A stretch of 64,000 nt of DNA, from positions 50,468,001-50,532,000 of the forward strand of contig OX597836.1 in assembly GCA_951406725.2 (NCBI GenBank), read 5' to 3'. Origin of the DNA: Octopus vulgaris (Eukaryota). This document shows, in pieces, positions 27,088 through 40,118 of the stretch. Both the position numbers and the translations under genes were made by a program. Under the pieces are notes generated by a model, which worked only from the letters and a program-made list of their open reading frames with translations, was not told the DNA's origin and did not search any database. Positions within the stretch are counted from its first letter, which is position 1; every line of letters starts with the position of its first letter.

Positions 27088-27690
27088 TATCTATATATAT
27101 AGAACTCAACTTGTGTGTCTGTGTGTTTAACTTCCTGGCACATCTCCTAGCCACCAAAAATGTGTCACTTAAAGTTTAGGCGAATGAAAATTGAACTGCG
27201 CTATTTCTGTTCCGAAATTCATCTCGCAAGTGCAAAAATCGATAATGTGTTTGTTTAAGCCTTATCCCATACATTGAATAGTGAACTTTACTCAGTCAGC
27301 TGTTTTGACGTGAACTGTGTTCACCACGCGTGCAAGCATGTGTAAATTGCATGAAAAATAAAAAATCAAGATATAAAAACGAATCGCAAAGAAATGAATT
27401 TTCAGGATGTAGCCTGGAGGGTTTTTTCGTATTAATCGTTTGGACTTTGTGAACGCATACCAATTGTTTTCATAACATTTTTAACGCTTTGAATTAAATG
27501 TGACCATTTTGCATTGAGTCTGCAGTTTGAATCACTTTAACAAAATTTTAGCAGGCCGGATTTTTGATCATCACGATACATTGCCAGCGACTCCCTGAAA
27601 CTCGCCCCTGAAATCCCCGTTGAGAAATCTATATATATATATAGAACTCAACTTGTATGTCTGTGTGTGTGTGTTTAACTTTTGGATCTA
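27088..27690 (+). repeat. Possible Helitron/DINE-like element with a duplicated 5' head
   Basis: ATCTATATATATAGAACTCAACTTGT(G/A)TGTCTGTGTG...TTTAACTT occurs at about 27088 and again at about 27627. Starts with TC. Confidence 0.4.
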
Positions 27691-27751
27691 CTAAGTTTCA
27701 TTATTAAGGATGGAAAGTAGTGTGTAGCAAATCTCTATATATATATATATA

Positions 27752-28180
27752 AATTGCAGCTGTGATACCAGTGCCGGTAGCACGTAAGAGAACCATCTGA
27801 ACGTGGCCGTTGCCAGCACCACCCTGATTGGCAGTCGTGCCGGTGGCATGTAAAAAGAACCATCCGTTCGTGGCCGTTGCCAGCCGTGCCAGTGGCATGT
27901 AAAAAGCACCATCCGTTCGTGGCCGTTGCCAGCCCCGCCCGGCCCCCGTGCCAGTGGCATGTAAAAAGCACCATCCGATGGTGGCCGTTTGCCAGCCTTG
28001 TCTGGCACGTAAAAAGCACCCACTACACTCACAGAGTGGTTGGCGTTAGGAAAGGCATCCAGCCGTAGAAACATTGCCAGATCAGACTGGGCCTGGTGCA
28101 GCCTTCTGGCTTCCCAGACCCCAGTTGAGCCGTCCAACCCATGCTAGCATGGAAAGCGGACGCTAAATGATGATGATAAT
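27752..28180 (+). mobile_element. RTE LINE 3'-end fragment (same family as 50650-50980)
   Basis: Closely similar to the LINE 3'UTR, with internal ~50-60 bp tandem units and a (TGA)n tail. Confidence 0.88.
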
Positions 28181-28231
28181 AATATTAGGGAGTATAACTC
28201 CAAACTTACAGGGAACATAAATATATAAAAT

Positions 28232-28479
28232 ATAAATTAGGGATAAAAATCACTATTATGCAACTGAAACAGTGATAGGCATAAATAACAAATAAAATAT
28301 TTTTGTAAAACAAATAGATCACAAAAAGTATAAAAATGAATAATCACTATTTAATAAGTAATTCATTTTTACACTTTTTGTGATCTAGTTATGTTTTATA
28401 AAAATATATTTTATTTGTTATTCATGTTTTGGTTTATGTCTATCATTGTTTGAATTGCATAATAGTGGTTTTATCTCTA

Positions 28480-28485
<6 letters not shown>
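28232..28485. repeat. Long imperfect palindrome (~110-125 bp arms, ~18 nt spacer)
   Basis: Left arm TAAATTAGGGATAAAAATCACTATTATGCAA...TAGATCACAAAAAGTATAAAAATGAAT is mirrored by ATTCATTTTTACACTTTTTGTGATCTA...TTGCATAATAGTGGTTTTATCTCTAATTTA. Confidence 0.88.
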
Positions 28486-28528
<43 letters not shown>

Positions 28529-29142
28529 ATATACGAGAAGTACAGGAGGAGCAAGACAGATGTAGAGTCATCAAAAACTACAAAATAAATCCAACATTTA
28601 TTGTCTGCTGATCATGCAAAGGACTCGCATAGTTTTAGTAATTGGGGACTTCAACAACAGATGCAAATGAGACTGGCAACGGGGCGGGGGGGGGGGGGTC
28701 CATGCTGTTTTCTTCTGGAATTAGAAAATTTAAGAAATAAATATTCCTTGCATTGGTGCAACCCCAAGACTTGATAGGTACCTTATTTTATTGACCCCTT
28801 CAGATGTGAAAAGCAAAAGGACTTGGGAATATTCTCACTCACAGAAACTTTACTTCCAGGGTGATATTTAAAGGTTTCTTCATAACTATCTCACTAATTC
28901 AAATATGACCCTGTCTGAAATTAAGGGAAGAAGAGCTATCAATATCAAAGTCCTTTTGTGGTAAAGGAAACAAGTTTTTCTAGAGCAGAACAAAGTAATA
29001 TTTTATTGCCCTGACAAGAATTAAAGACTAAATCGACTGCGGTGGAAACTGAACTCAAAACAATGAAAAGGTCCAGTTTAGTCCAATTCTCTTCTTGTTT
29101 CTACTTTTCTAATAACAAAAATAAGAAAAAAATTATAATTAC

Positions 29143-29253
29143 AGAATTTGACAAGATTCTTCAAACTGGGTGACAGCCATTGGAACATCTCCACAGATGA
29201 GATTTCTTTTACCTTGGCCCATCAAGTTCACAGCTTTTGACATCACCTCAACT
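29143..29253 (-). CDS. NASP: NASP exon 2 (TPR1: VEVMSKAVNLMGQGKRNLICGDVPMAVTQFEESCQIL)
   Basis: CAG acceptor and GTAAT donor. The peptide resembles vertebrate NASP TPR1 ([24 protein letters not shown], from memory). Confidence 0.92.
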
Positions 29254-31889
29254 CTGAAAATAAAGAATTAATGGAAAGAAAAATTATACAGGCACAGATG
29301 TGGTATGTGGTCAAGGATCTTGGGTTCAGTCCCACTTCATGGTAGCTTAGGCAAGTATCTTCTATAGCCCTTGGTCAACCAAAGCATTGTGAGTGGATTT
29401 GATATGGAAACCAAGAAGTCTATGCATAAGTTTGTCTCTTTGTTTTCACATTCCATGATGGTTGTAGAATGGGGGTCACTGTCATACAGTCATTCATTTT
29501 CTGGTATTGTGAGAGAACATGATCTGGCCACGAAGGAAATATCAACCTTGCTAGGAAACAGGTGAGGATTGGTGAGAGGAAAGGCACCCCAGCTGTAGAA
29601 AAATCAGCCTCAATAAACTCATGACTTATGCAAATGTGGGAGAGTGGAGATTAAAATGATGATCAACAATGATCAAATCTCATCATTCTGTCAAAGAGAC
29701 ACAGTAGACAGCATAATCCAAGCTGCACTGTCTGAATAAAATAGAGTATGATTCAGAACAGATAATGCATTTGGTTATAGAAATCAAGGAAGCTTTGGGA
29801 TTAACCAGCAGCATCAGGACTTAAAAAAGAAAAAAAACTCGTAGATGAGAAGTCTAACACTCGAATCAATCTGTGTTATTGGACTTTTAGCAATATGTTG
29901 CTTAGCTCCAGCTCAGCTCTTGACTGTGCAGACCTGTGACCAACTAAATGTTTAGGGAATATTATTGCACCGGGGCTAAAATGAACCTTTTCAATATATC
30001 GTATTTTCCAGCATACAAGTTGTATTTTTGAGACCAAATATAGTTGGGTTCACTTATACATCAAGATAACTTTGGAAAACCAATAATTCTATGTGATTAA
30101 AAAAAAGGATGGTGCTTAAAATTGTTTAACCCCATTTTCATTTTTTGTGCAGAATCAGTGTTGCTTAAAGGCATAAATTCTGATTAAAAGTTTGAAAAAA
30201 AAAAAAAAAGAGAAGGTGAAAAATTCCAAAGCAGAGATGGTGCAAACTTTTGTTATAATCTCCAATGTTTAAAACGTACAAATCCAAAGAATTGGATTTG
30301 GCTAAGTAATTTCCGACTATTTTTATATGATGACCTCCACCTAGTCAATTATATTCATAGATTACTTATAGCAATGTAAAACGACTTCACAATTACAATT
30401 ACAATCAGATTTTTAATTACAATCAGACTTTCAATGGTGGAGAAATAGGCTGAGTTTTGAGAAACTTTGAGGGTGGCGACTTCAAAAGAAATGTGAAGTT
30501 GCGACAGTCATGCATCAGTTTAAGATAATCAAAAAAAAAAAAAAAAAAAAAAACCTTGTAAGAGGGCGGGGATGGGAGTAACGAGTAGTTGTAAGGATTT
30601 ATTCTTTGTAACAAACGGAAAAAAAGGCCACACTTAAATAGCACTCTTAAGACAAACACGTGTGCGTGTGTGTACCATACTTACACAAGGGAGACCCCCC
30701 ACACACATACACTGACTTGGTTTCCTCGTAACTTTCAGAGAAATGAATTTTTTTTTTAATGACATTTTCAAAAAATACCTTTCAGATGGTGTAGATGACG
30801 ATTAAATCGGAAGTTAATGTCTGAAAGGTCAGGAGAAACACGAGAAGGCATGCACACACACAGTGATAAACATCAGATCCAATTTCTGAAAATTATGGGG
30901 AGGGGGTACAATTGTGTAGGTTTACCTATTATATAGATATAATTCAAACACACACACTAAGGGACATTAATTATGATCCACAAACAGATAAAAATCTATG
31001 AAGATTTACACGGCAATGTTTCATTTCTGATATAAATAGCGAAAGCAGTGCCAGCATAGAAGAAGGGGGAATTCCGAAGAAGGACCCCCAAATACTTCCA
31101 ATAACAACGATGAGCAAAGTATTAGAAATAAAGTCTATTTTAACCAGGCTGAAAACCTCTAACAAGTTATCCTGCAGATAATGGTAAGGAAGGAAACTGA
31201 ATGTGGGCGAGGTTGTCCAGATAATTATCTTTGTAGAAGGAAGGATGGAGGTTAAAATAGAACTATGCTGTGGCCAAGTTGAAGCATCATCCACTAGATG
31301 ATGTTACAGGGTATATAGCGACGGGTAACTTTGAGAATATACTTTTGGTCACCATGGGGTAATATCACGATGTCAGATACGCAAGGAAAATAATTTTATG
31401 ATTTAATGTTTATCGTGTTTATATTCATTTCTACCATTTAATATATGTTTTCAAAAGAATATTTCCTTAAAATTTCAACAAAATTTCTCATTTTATGAAC
31501 ACATTCGCATCTATCACCTAAAAGCCTTTATGAGGCCCCCCACCTTTTTTTTAAAGAAATGTATACTTTGCAGAAAATTATTAGAATTAAAACTGGTGAG
31601 GTGGGCACCAAACCGCAGTTACCCCCCCCCCCCCGCCGCAACGTTCCTTTACTCATTGCCTGCCAACAAACCTTGTATGTACACTCAACACGCATCGCTT
31701 ATTTCAATTCTTTATCCGATGTAAAACGGGACGACAAACCAACCAGCCACCATTTATACCGCTTAATTCACGAAACAACATGCGAAAACTGGATAAAAAG
31801 AAAAGGAACCAGTAAGAAGTTGTCATTATTGCCATCTAAAAGGGTCGTTATGCAACGACTGTATATTTGTGTTGTGTATAAAAGGTTAA

Positions 31890-31924
<35 letters not shown>

Positions 31925-32184
31925 TAAAGAGAAAGAGTGAGAGATGCTACGTCGATGACAGAAAGAAAGGCGTAAGAAACAAAGTGGAGGAAGTAGAAGC
32001 AGAAATGCCGGCAAAACCGGATTCCTGGGTCCATTCTCGACACTGCTGGGTCTGTTGAAGAAGTTGTCCGAAGATTCAATACTATTCACATTAAATTCTT
32101 AGAAAATAATTCATAATTCACCCAAAGCCTTTATCTTTTCTGCCTTATTAAGCACTGACTTTAATTCGATAGATTGTAGCTTAC

Positions 32185-32243
32185 CTTTCTTTACTCGGAG
32201 AGCCACTGGCAGCGGAGCTGGAGGGTTCTGCGACAGAAGACAT
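32185..32243 (-). CDS. NASP: NASP exon 1 (start codon; MSSVAEPSSSAASGSPSKE)
   Basis: ATG at 32243-32241, 59 nt, then donor AG|GTAAG. Phase 2 joins exon 2 in frame. An E2F-type site lies upstream. Confidence 0.8.
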
Positions 32244-32992
32244 TGCTGGTCCTGCTCGATTCTTTGACACAAACAACTTCCGACTTCGACTGGGCTTTTG
32301 TTCCTCTTTTCCTAATTCTCAGCAGGAGGTTTGGTTCGTTCCTACGTCTCTCTCTCTCTCTCTCTTCCTTTATTCTCTGTGGTTTCTCGGGGACTCAAAC
32401 ACAATCCAAGTCCGGTTCCCTTTTCTCTATTCAACACGTTTTCCCGCCAATAAATAGTGACGTTGATGACATCCAACACATATAGCCTCTAATCTCTCCT
32501 TCCACTATACATATATCTCCTCTTCCTACCACTATTTATATGGCGCTAATTCGGAAATGATAAAGTTAATCAATAAAAAGGCTGGATAAATAAACAAAAC
32601 AATTAAAACATCTCCTTTTTACTCTTAAGCAGTCTTTAATTATTGTATTCTATGCATTTATTGATATTTTAAAATTTGTGTGATTATAAATAATACATAT
32701 ATATAGAGAGGGAAAGAGAGGAGAGTTACAATGGAAGTCAAATATATTACTGTTTTCTAGAACTGCATCAAACCCACACCCTTACGTAACGCATTTGAAT
32801 GTACATAGATACGCTATTAAATATTAAAATATAAATTAAAACGCCAATAACTTTCCAAAACTGAATCTTTATTCGAAATCTGTACTTTAGTTTCGGGGTT
32901 ATCGGTCACTTAGTTGTGACGTCACCAGTCTTGCTTCGTCTCTCTCGTTCTTCGCCCCTCGTGGAATTTCTTGTTCATTTCACCAACTTCGG
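32244..32992. promoter_or_regulatory. NASP 5'UTR plus a putative bidirectional promoter and a first non-coding plus-strand exon (about 32927-32992)
   Basis: TTTCCCGCCAA E2F-type site 32440-32450, CCAAT 32447 and 32844, TGACGT 32458, TTACGTAA 32782, palindrome GTGACGTCAC 32916-32925, then a pyrimidine-rich segment ending in donor GG|GTAAGT at 32992/32993. Confidence 0.6.
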
Positions 32993-33548
32993 GTAAGTAC
33001 CCTGACACCCTTAACACCACGCACACAAATGCAGCTATTTATTCGAATAACGTACAACCCATCGTATTTTTCATATTTACAGAATGTTTTGTTTTCAGAA
33101 AGCGCAAAAAGATACCGAAATTGTTTTATGAGGCGAGATACCAAAAAAAAAAAATCTGATCGTGGATTAAGGTTTTTCTTGGTGGAAAGTGTCAATGCCG
33201 TGCGCCCACATGTGCTGCATGGTTATTATATATATGAAGATAAATGGATATATATATATGTGTGTGTGTGTCTGAATATGTATTGATCATTTAACGTGGA
33301 TTTATTGTCTATTAGGGATTCTGGAAAAGCTATAATTGTATCGAGCGAAATGTGAGAGCGGTGTGTGTGTAATAAGATACGTACATACCAACGACTATAT
33401 AATATGTATACATATATATTTCTTTATTGCCCACAAGGGGACGAACAAGGACAGACAAAGGTATTAAGTCGATTACATCGACCCTAGTGCGTAACTGGTA
33501 CTTTATTTATCGACCCCGAGGGGATGAAAGGCAAAGTCGACCTCGGCG

Positions 33549-33587
<39 letters not shown>

Positions 33588-36249
33588 CACGATTTTTAAG
33601 TTCCTCCTTATGAAAAGAATAGAATATTTTTCTAAAAATAAAAAAAAAACCTATGAGGAGAAATTTTACTCTTTCAGAAATTACAGAATATATTGATTTA
33701 TTTATTGTAAAGTTAAATTATGATTTGCTAAAGGAAATAAATTAAAAAACAATTTTTCCATCGAAGAAATCTCTACGCTGGGCGCCTCAAGATGTTGAAG
33801 TCAAAACTTATTGCCTGCGGATTCTAGTAACGCCAGAATCGTATCATGACAGCTATGTGTGCGTGTGTGTATATATTCATATGTATACACTCACATGTAT
33901 AATGTTCTTATGTATTTTTTTTCTATACTTCATGTCAGAGGCCATGCTGGACCACCTCTGAAGAATTTAGTCGATCATATGACCCCACTACACATTTTAG
34001 CCCGATACTTGTTCTATTTTAATCAAGTCGCCAAGTTACGAAAACAAACCAACACCGGTTGTCTCGCAGTTTAAGACAATCAAAGACACACACACACACA
34101 GCAGGCTTCTCACAATTTCCGTCTATTTACAAGGGCTTGGTCTCCCCGGTGCTATTAATGGAGCCGCGAATTAGGATTGAACCTAAAACCACGTGGTTAC
34201 GAGGCGATCCTATTAACTACATCTATATAAAAATCAAACTACCTCCGTTCCACATAGTTTCTTCAACTTTCAGAAAAGTGCTTTGTTTTTTATAAAATTT
34301 TAGATACTTTTTTGACTGAATTTCCATTAATTTGATAAGATAAAAAAAAATTATATTCTTTGTTGTTGTTGGAGGCGTTTCGGATCATTCCTTCTCTTTT
34401 GTTTCCTCATAATTTTTAAATTGCATTTTTTTTTAATGACGTTTTGCGCAAATACGTTTTTGGAGAGTTTGGATCACGTAATGTTGATGTTCTAAACAGC
34501 TTGGGGGGGGGGGGGTTTACTAAATTTTATCATTATAATTGCATTCTACATTCTTGAATATTTCTGCAAAATTTCATTAAAATGTGTTTTTCTGACGTTA
34601 TAAAAGAAACCGAGTCGATGGTGGAAGGGAGTTATACCTTTGTGTGTGCGCGTGTCTATATAAAGGTATATTAAATAACATACAAGATAAAATATTGCTT
34701 TTTGAGAGGATAGACTAATCGCTTGTTAACTATTGGTTCCAAGTCCAAATGAGAAAGGTAAATAATCTCAAGAATTCACTGAAATTGATCTGCCATTCCG
34801 GAAAAGAGAGTCTGATTGTTGAGGCAGATTTTCTATGGCCATATGCCCTACCTGTCGCCAACCCTCTTCCTATAGCTAGACATGTTTTCTTACGGAAGCC
34901 TGGAGACAAACCACCTCACCTGTATGATGGTGATGCTCATTTGCAACCCTCATGTCTGGACAAGCATACACACACACTGAAAATGAACTTCTTAGTGTGT
35001 CTACCAAATCCTATTTTTAGGCAATGTGTGTGTGGGAGAGAGCGTATGTATATGTTTATATTTAGGTGTAGTGTGGCTGGATAGTTAAGAAGTTTGCTTG
35101 GTTTCAATCCTGCTGCAAAACAGACTAGCACATCCGTTGTGAGTGAAAATATGTAGAAGCCTGTAATCCAAGATCACCCAGCCACCAATCCACTTGATCA
35201 ATTTGGGGTCAGAAATTCTGGTTAAAATCCATTTTTGTATGGACTAGTTCATTTGTTAGTTCATCCGTTTTTCAATGCTGGCATGGGTTAGATGAATGTA
35301 TTATTGAAGCATTGTTTTACAGCTGGATTCTCTTCCTGTCACTAATCATTATCTAATTTACAAATAAAAGATATCTTGTTCCATACATCAAGGGTAGAAA
35401 GTCGGGGGAAAGTGATTTGTGAAGTGCAGACATGGATACAACCAAGCTTTCAGCTTCCATCTCGTTGATCCACTGGCCTGGGGTAACTTCACTGTAAAAC
35501 TGAAGTCCAAAACAATGTTGGGAAACCCCAGATATTAAGAATGGAATTAACTAACTTTACTTCCAGTTCTGTTATGACCTAGGGCAGTATCACTTTGTCC
35601 CTACATATAGTCCTAAAATTAGCTGTGGTCAAATAGTGACTGCTTTTTTGCAGGATGAATCTGGGAGTTCCAAAAATTATGAGGCCAGACCCAAATGGAA
35701 ATACAAGCTGCTACCTTTCAGATTGAATTATGAGGCCCAGTCCTAATGGAAATTGGTTTGTTGAAAGAGTTTTACCCTCAGTATACTAATCAGTAAATTG
35801 GACAAAATAAGTTCCCTATGCAGCAACACCTCAAGTTAGAGTCCCTGAATCAGTGTCCTTGTTCTTACCTCCTGAGTTATTTTTTATATATTGTTCCTGC
35901 ATGTGCATCATTTGTCTCTGGGAACAGTGAACCATGCACGATGACTCACACGAGAGATAATTGATGGATTCACTGTTCTGGCAGGATCAGCAGGAACGAA
36001 TAAGAGGAAAAGCAGGTATTTTCTTCAAAAGCCCTTGATGTTGTACCAGTATGAAGAAATGTGTTGAGTATGTCATGAGTGTTAGCCTCTTGTGCAACAC
36101 TGAAACCATGGTTCCCTGCTGCTAAAGTCCATAAAATGAACTCCCAGTTCTATCAGGAGCAAACATCTACAATTCACACAGCTCCAGCACTCAGCCTTGA
36201 GCTATATTCCAACTACAAAGAAATGGATTATTAGCATTAAAAGGAGGAT

Positions 36250-37188
36250 GTTAAATATGACCAGAATTATTTTATGCATATGCCACAAGAACCAAATACC
36301 TTCCAGAGATTCTATGAAACAACTCAACTTGGGGAAAAAATAGCAGGTAATGCTAACCTATGCAAGGAGTTTACAGCTGCTGTAGACAACAAAGCCATCA
36401 TTCTCTGTGACAGACTTGTGGATAATAACAGTGTTGCATATAGACACCCTAAACTGAGACACAACACTGGAAATGCTTCAAAGAAGAGAATGCAGACACT
36501 ACCTTTGCTTCTAATAAGCAGATAACAACAGGCTGGAGAAGAACTGAAGAAAACAGCCAATCTGAGTCCACTGGGGATGTTAAAATAAAGGTTTAACACC
36601 TTCCATAATAAAAGCAAGCATATTGCTGTCTTGTGCAGCTCTGCTGTAACTTACCAAGAGAGTGTCTTTAATGATCTGCATAGCAAGAGGGGGGGACTGA
36701 CCAGAGGACAACTGTAAAGCATCAAACTGAATAATGATCATTTCTTCAAGCACAGAGTAGCAGAGGAGCCCCCAGCCATCATTTGGAAGCATCTTGTCTT
36801 CCACAAAAATCTTTGGATTTTGGTAACAAGATCTATAAAGAAAACAAACTGACAGCCTTCTCAAAGTCTTCAGTTATCCCAGTTTTAAAGAAACATGATC
36901 TCCATCCATTTCAGAGGAATCATATCTTCACTTCTAGCCTCAAAAATCTACACCTCTTTGCTTCTTAATAGAATTTCCTTTCATGTTGGTCTCTTCTTAA
37001 GGTGGAACCAAAATGGCTTCCATGATGGCAGATCAACATTACCACAGATCCTTACCTTTCAAAGAATTATAGAAGGGACAAGAATTGGTTTTATTTATGG
37101 ATTTTTTCAAAACTTTTGATAGTGTCAATGGAAAAGCCATATTTCATAGCCTCTTGGTCTATGGTACCTCAAATGATATTGTCTGAGC
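36250..37188 (+). mobile_element. Old LINE RT relic, left part
   Basis: RGIISSLLASKIYTSLLLNRI...RWNQNGFHDGRSTLPQILTFQRIIEG resembles the N-terminal part of a non-LTR RT. The left boundary is approximate. Confidence 0.75.
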
Positions 37189-38136
37189 ATGTGGGTTGGC
37201 TGAAAGGTTCATAGTCTGGCCAAGATACTCTCAAGGAACATGATCAAATGGAGTTTATTTTTCAACACAATCCCTCTTACGATCCACACACTTCTTCCAT
37301 TGGTGTTGCAGTGCTTGGATCCCATTGGTGAAGAAGCTTTCTATCCTGTTGGTTAAAAAAAAGTCATCAACTGCAGACATGATGTCATCATCACTGCAAA
37401 GTGCTTTTTTCATGTTGAGGGACAGATGGGGCTAAATAAGGAGACTTAGGGACAGTGATCAACGAGTTCAAAGCTACAATTATACACAGCAACCATTGAA
37501 ACCAAGGACTTGTGTGCTGGAGCATTTTCCTAATGAAACAAGACCCCTTTTGTCAGTCTTCCTGGGTGTTTGGTCTTGATTGCCTTCCAAAACTACCCCC
37601 AGCAAATTGACATAGGACTTTCCGTTGATGGTCTGGGTTTTTGAAGATAGTCAATAAACACAATGCCTTTTGCATCCCCGAAATACTGAGGCCATCACCT
37701 TCCCTGCAGATGAAACGACCGTGGCTTTGTTTGGGGCAGGTGAGGAGGGGTGTTTCCACTGCATGGATTGTCTCTGGGTCAAAGTGATGAAGCCAACACT
37801 CATCCTGAATGAAGAAACATTCAAGCAAACCAGCTGGATCTGGCTCAAACAATGTCAGATTTACCAGTGATGTGATCAGCCTGGTGCAATTTTGGTTTCG
37901 TGTCACACAACATGGCACCCACAAAGCAGAAACCTTTGTCATTGTGCAGAATATGCTAGCAGCATTGGCTTTTTTGATTTATAGTCAATCTCCTGTCATC
38001 CATCAGCATGTGGTGAATGCAATCAATATTTTCTTTGGTGGTGGCAGCTGCAGGACGTCCAGTCCCTGTGTCATCTCCAAGACTCTCCCTTCTGTGAGAT
38101 TTCGTGGCCAGCCAATTAACTTTTCAGCCTCCTCTG
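37189..38136 (-). mobile_element. Degenerate mariner (Tc1/mariner) transposon
   Basis: Broken frames on the minus strand give KVSALWVP, DECWLHHFDPET, SMQWKHPSSP, SAGKVMASVF, VLFH*ENAPAHKS and SPYLAPS, which are mariner WVP/YSPDL-type motifs. Imperfect TIRs GGCTGAAAGGTTCA and TTAACTTTTCAGCC. Confidence 0.88.
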
Positions 38137-38430
38137 ATAATCACCATCATATATGAAAAACCAAATTTTGTACAAAGCACAGTGAGTCTAGCTATTGTTT
38201 CCAGAAATGGTAGGAATCCTCTAAGGAGAGTCCTTTAACCCCTTTTCTCTTTCTGATTGTAATGGCCTTAGGCAGTGTCCTGGACCTCTGAAAAAAAAGA
38301 TGAGCTCTCTGTTGAGGTTTTACCCACTCTAGCCGACAGGAGTACTTACTTCCCAGCTCCATATTCTGGGCGGCGGTGGTGCACCATTGTTTTTGATGAC
38401 CTGATTCTGCAGTCCCAGTTACTATTCTCC
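38137..38430 (+). mobile_element. Old LINE RT relic, right part
   Basis: Broken frames give GIL*GES and PFLFLIVM (QG-LSP-LF motif) and DDLIL (YADD motif). Confidence 0.62.
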
Positions 38431-40118
38431 GTTGGGACAGCTTCATGTGTGTATATATAATATACACACATGCTGTATAATGTTAATAGGAATAGAGAGT
38501 ATATATGTAAACATTGTCATTTTAATTAGATCTGCATGCCGGGAAGATGATGAACATCACAACACCTCTTTATCTCACGTTTATACAGAATTAGTTCACA
38601 GGTCGGTGGATATTGTTGGTCATTAGAAGTTTAATCACAAAGTTTTATGGATTTAAAAAAAAACTCCCAGGTTAATAACTTGGTGGGGGGGGGTAGTAGT
38701 AGTAATAAGAAGGTAAAGCTACTTAAGTGTGTAAGGTAAAAGGTAAGTCTATATTTAGACTCTCGGCAGTTTGTTAGTCGTGTAGTAATCGTGTTTTCAG
38801 CCATTTCACTTACTAACGGGCTACAAAAGAATTTTTTTTTCTCTCTCTTTGGTTATTTATTTATTTTGCTTTCTTTGTTCAGCCATAGCATTACGTTCTC
38901 ACCTTTGTTTCCCTTTTATAATAAGCCAGTAATAGTAGGCGGTTGTTCTTTGTGGACAGGTGTAGTTAGGTGAAAATGTCTCCATTCGCTGTCATGATTA
39001 TGTCTCGGGTTTTTACAAAAGAAACTTAGCAGCATGTGGTAGCTTTGGGATCCTTCGACAGTGTAATGCAAAAAAGCGTTAGTTGGAACTCTGATTCGGT
39101 GTTGGTTTGGGACTAAATTGACGTTCGTTTATACATGGGACGGTTCCACCGAAGCAGTGCTGGCAGTGGTAATCGGTGGAAATATTTTTTTGTTCTGTGA
39201 CCAGTGTAAAATTTATGTTAGCCACTCGTCTTTCAGAACAGGATTTAGTGATTTCAACCTTTAGCAATGGAACTGAATTTTTTTTTTCTCTTCAGGTCTG
39301 AAAGCCGACGTTCCTATACTTGGATGCTTGTCGGTTGTTGTTGTTTAGTTCCAGTTCAGTTGACTGGATTACATTGCCTAACGTGCCCTGCCATTTTTTA
39401 AGACTAGCGAATCTGGCTATTATTTCTAGCATGTTAAGCTATAGAGCCTCATTGTCCTACGTCAGTCGGCTCCCCCAAACAGCTAAATATTATTAGAACA
39501 GTTATATAACACTTATTTCATGCTCTACGGTTTTAATGTTTGTTGAGATGTTGGTTTTCTAGCATTTTTTCATCTCTGCTCCCATCCAATAGTTAGAGGG
39601 TGGCTGTAGAGAGACGGACGACGGCGAAATTCTTTACTCGAAGTGTTGGAACGTTCGCTTCGTTCCTATTATTAATTAAGGTTAAAAATAGTCGACGAAG
39701 GGCTTCGTCTCGAAACCGTGTGTAGTCTGACATGTAGTATGATAGATATTACATTGTGTTAATAAATTTAATAGTTTTTACGTGTCTATTATTTATCATT
39801 TCTTATTAAATAATTATCTGGCCAACTTGTACAAAACTACATTTCACCACGTGTGTCTGTTGGGGGAGTTTCTTTCTTTCTTCGTCTCCCCCACCACCAC
39901 CACCCGGGTTCCTCTGTGTTTCAATGTCGATACCTTGTTTGGCAGACACCCCACATTTCATACACTCTCTCTCTCTTCCTCCTCCCCCTCTCACTGGACT
40001 CGCTCTGCCGGATGTGTTACCCACGAGTACTTTCCTCCTTAACGGATTTATTTTTACGATGATGGCTGTTTTGGCTTTGTTAAAATGGTGCTGCTTAAAG
40101 TGTGCGTATGTGTATGTT

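Noticed and set aside
27691-28137. 148-aa ORF (MDGSTGVWEARR...), with a paralogous ORF at 50651-50932
   Set aside because: Antisense reading of the GC-rich LINE 3'UTR repeat. The similarity comes from the repeat, not from a gene family.
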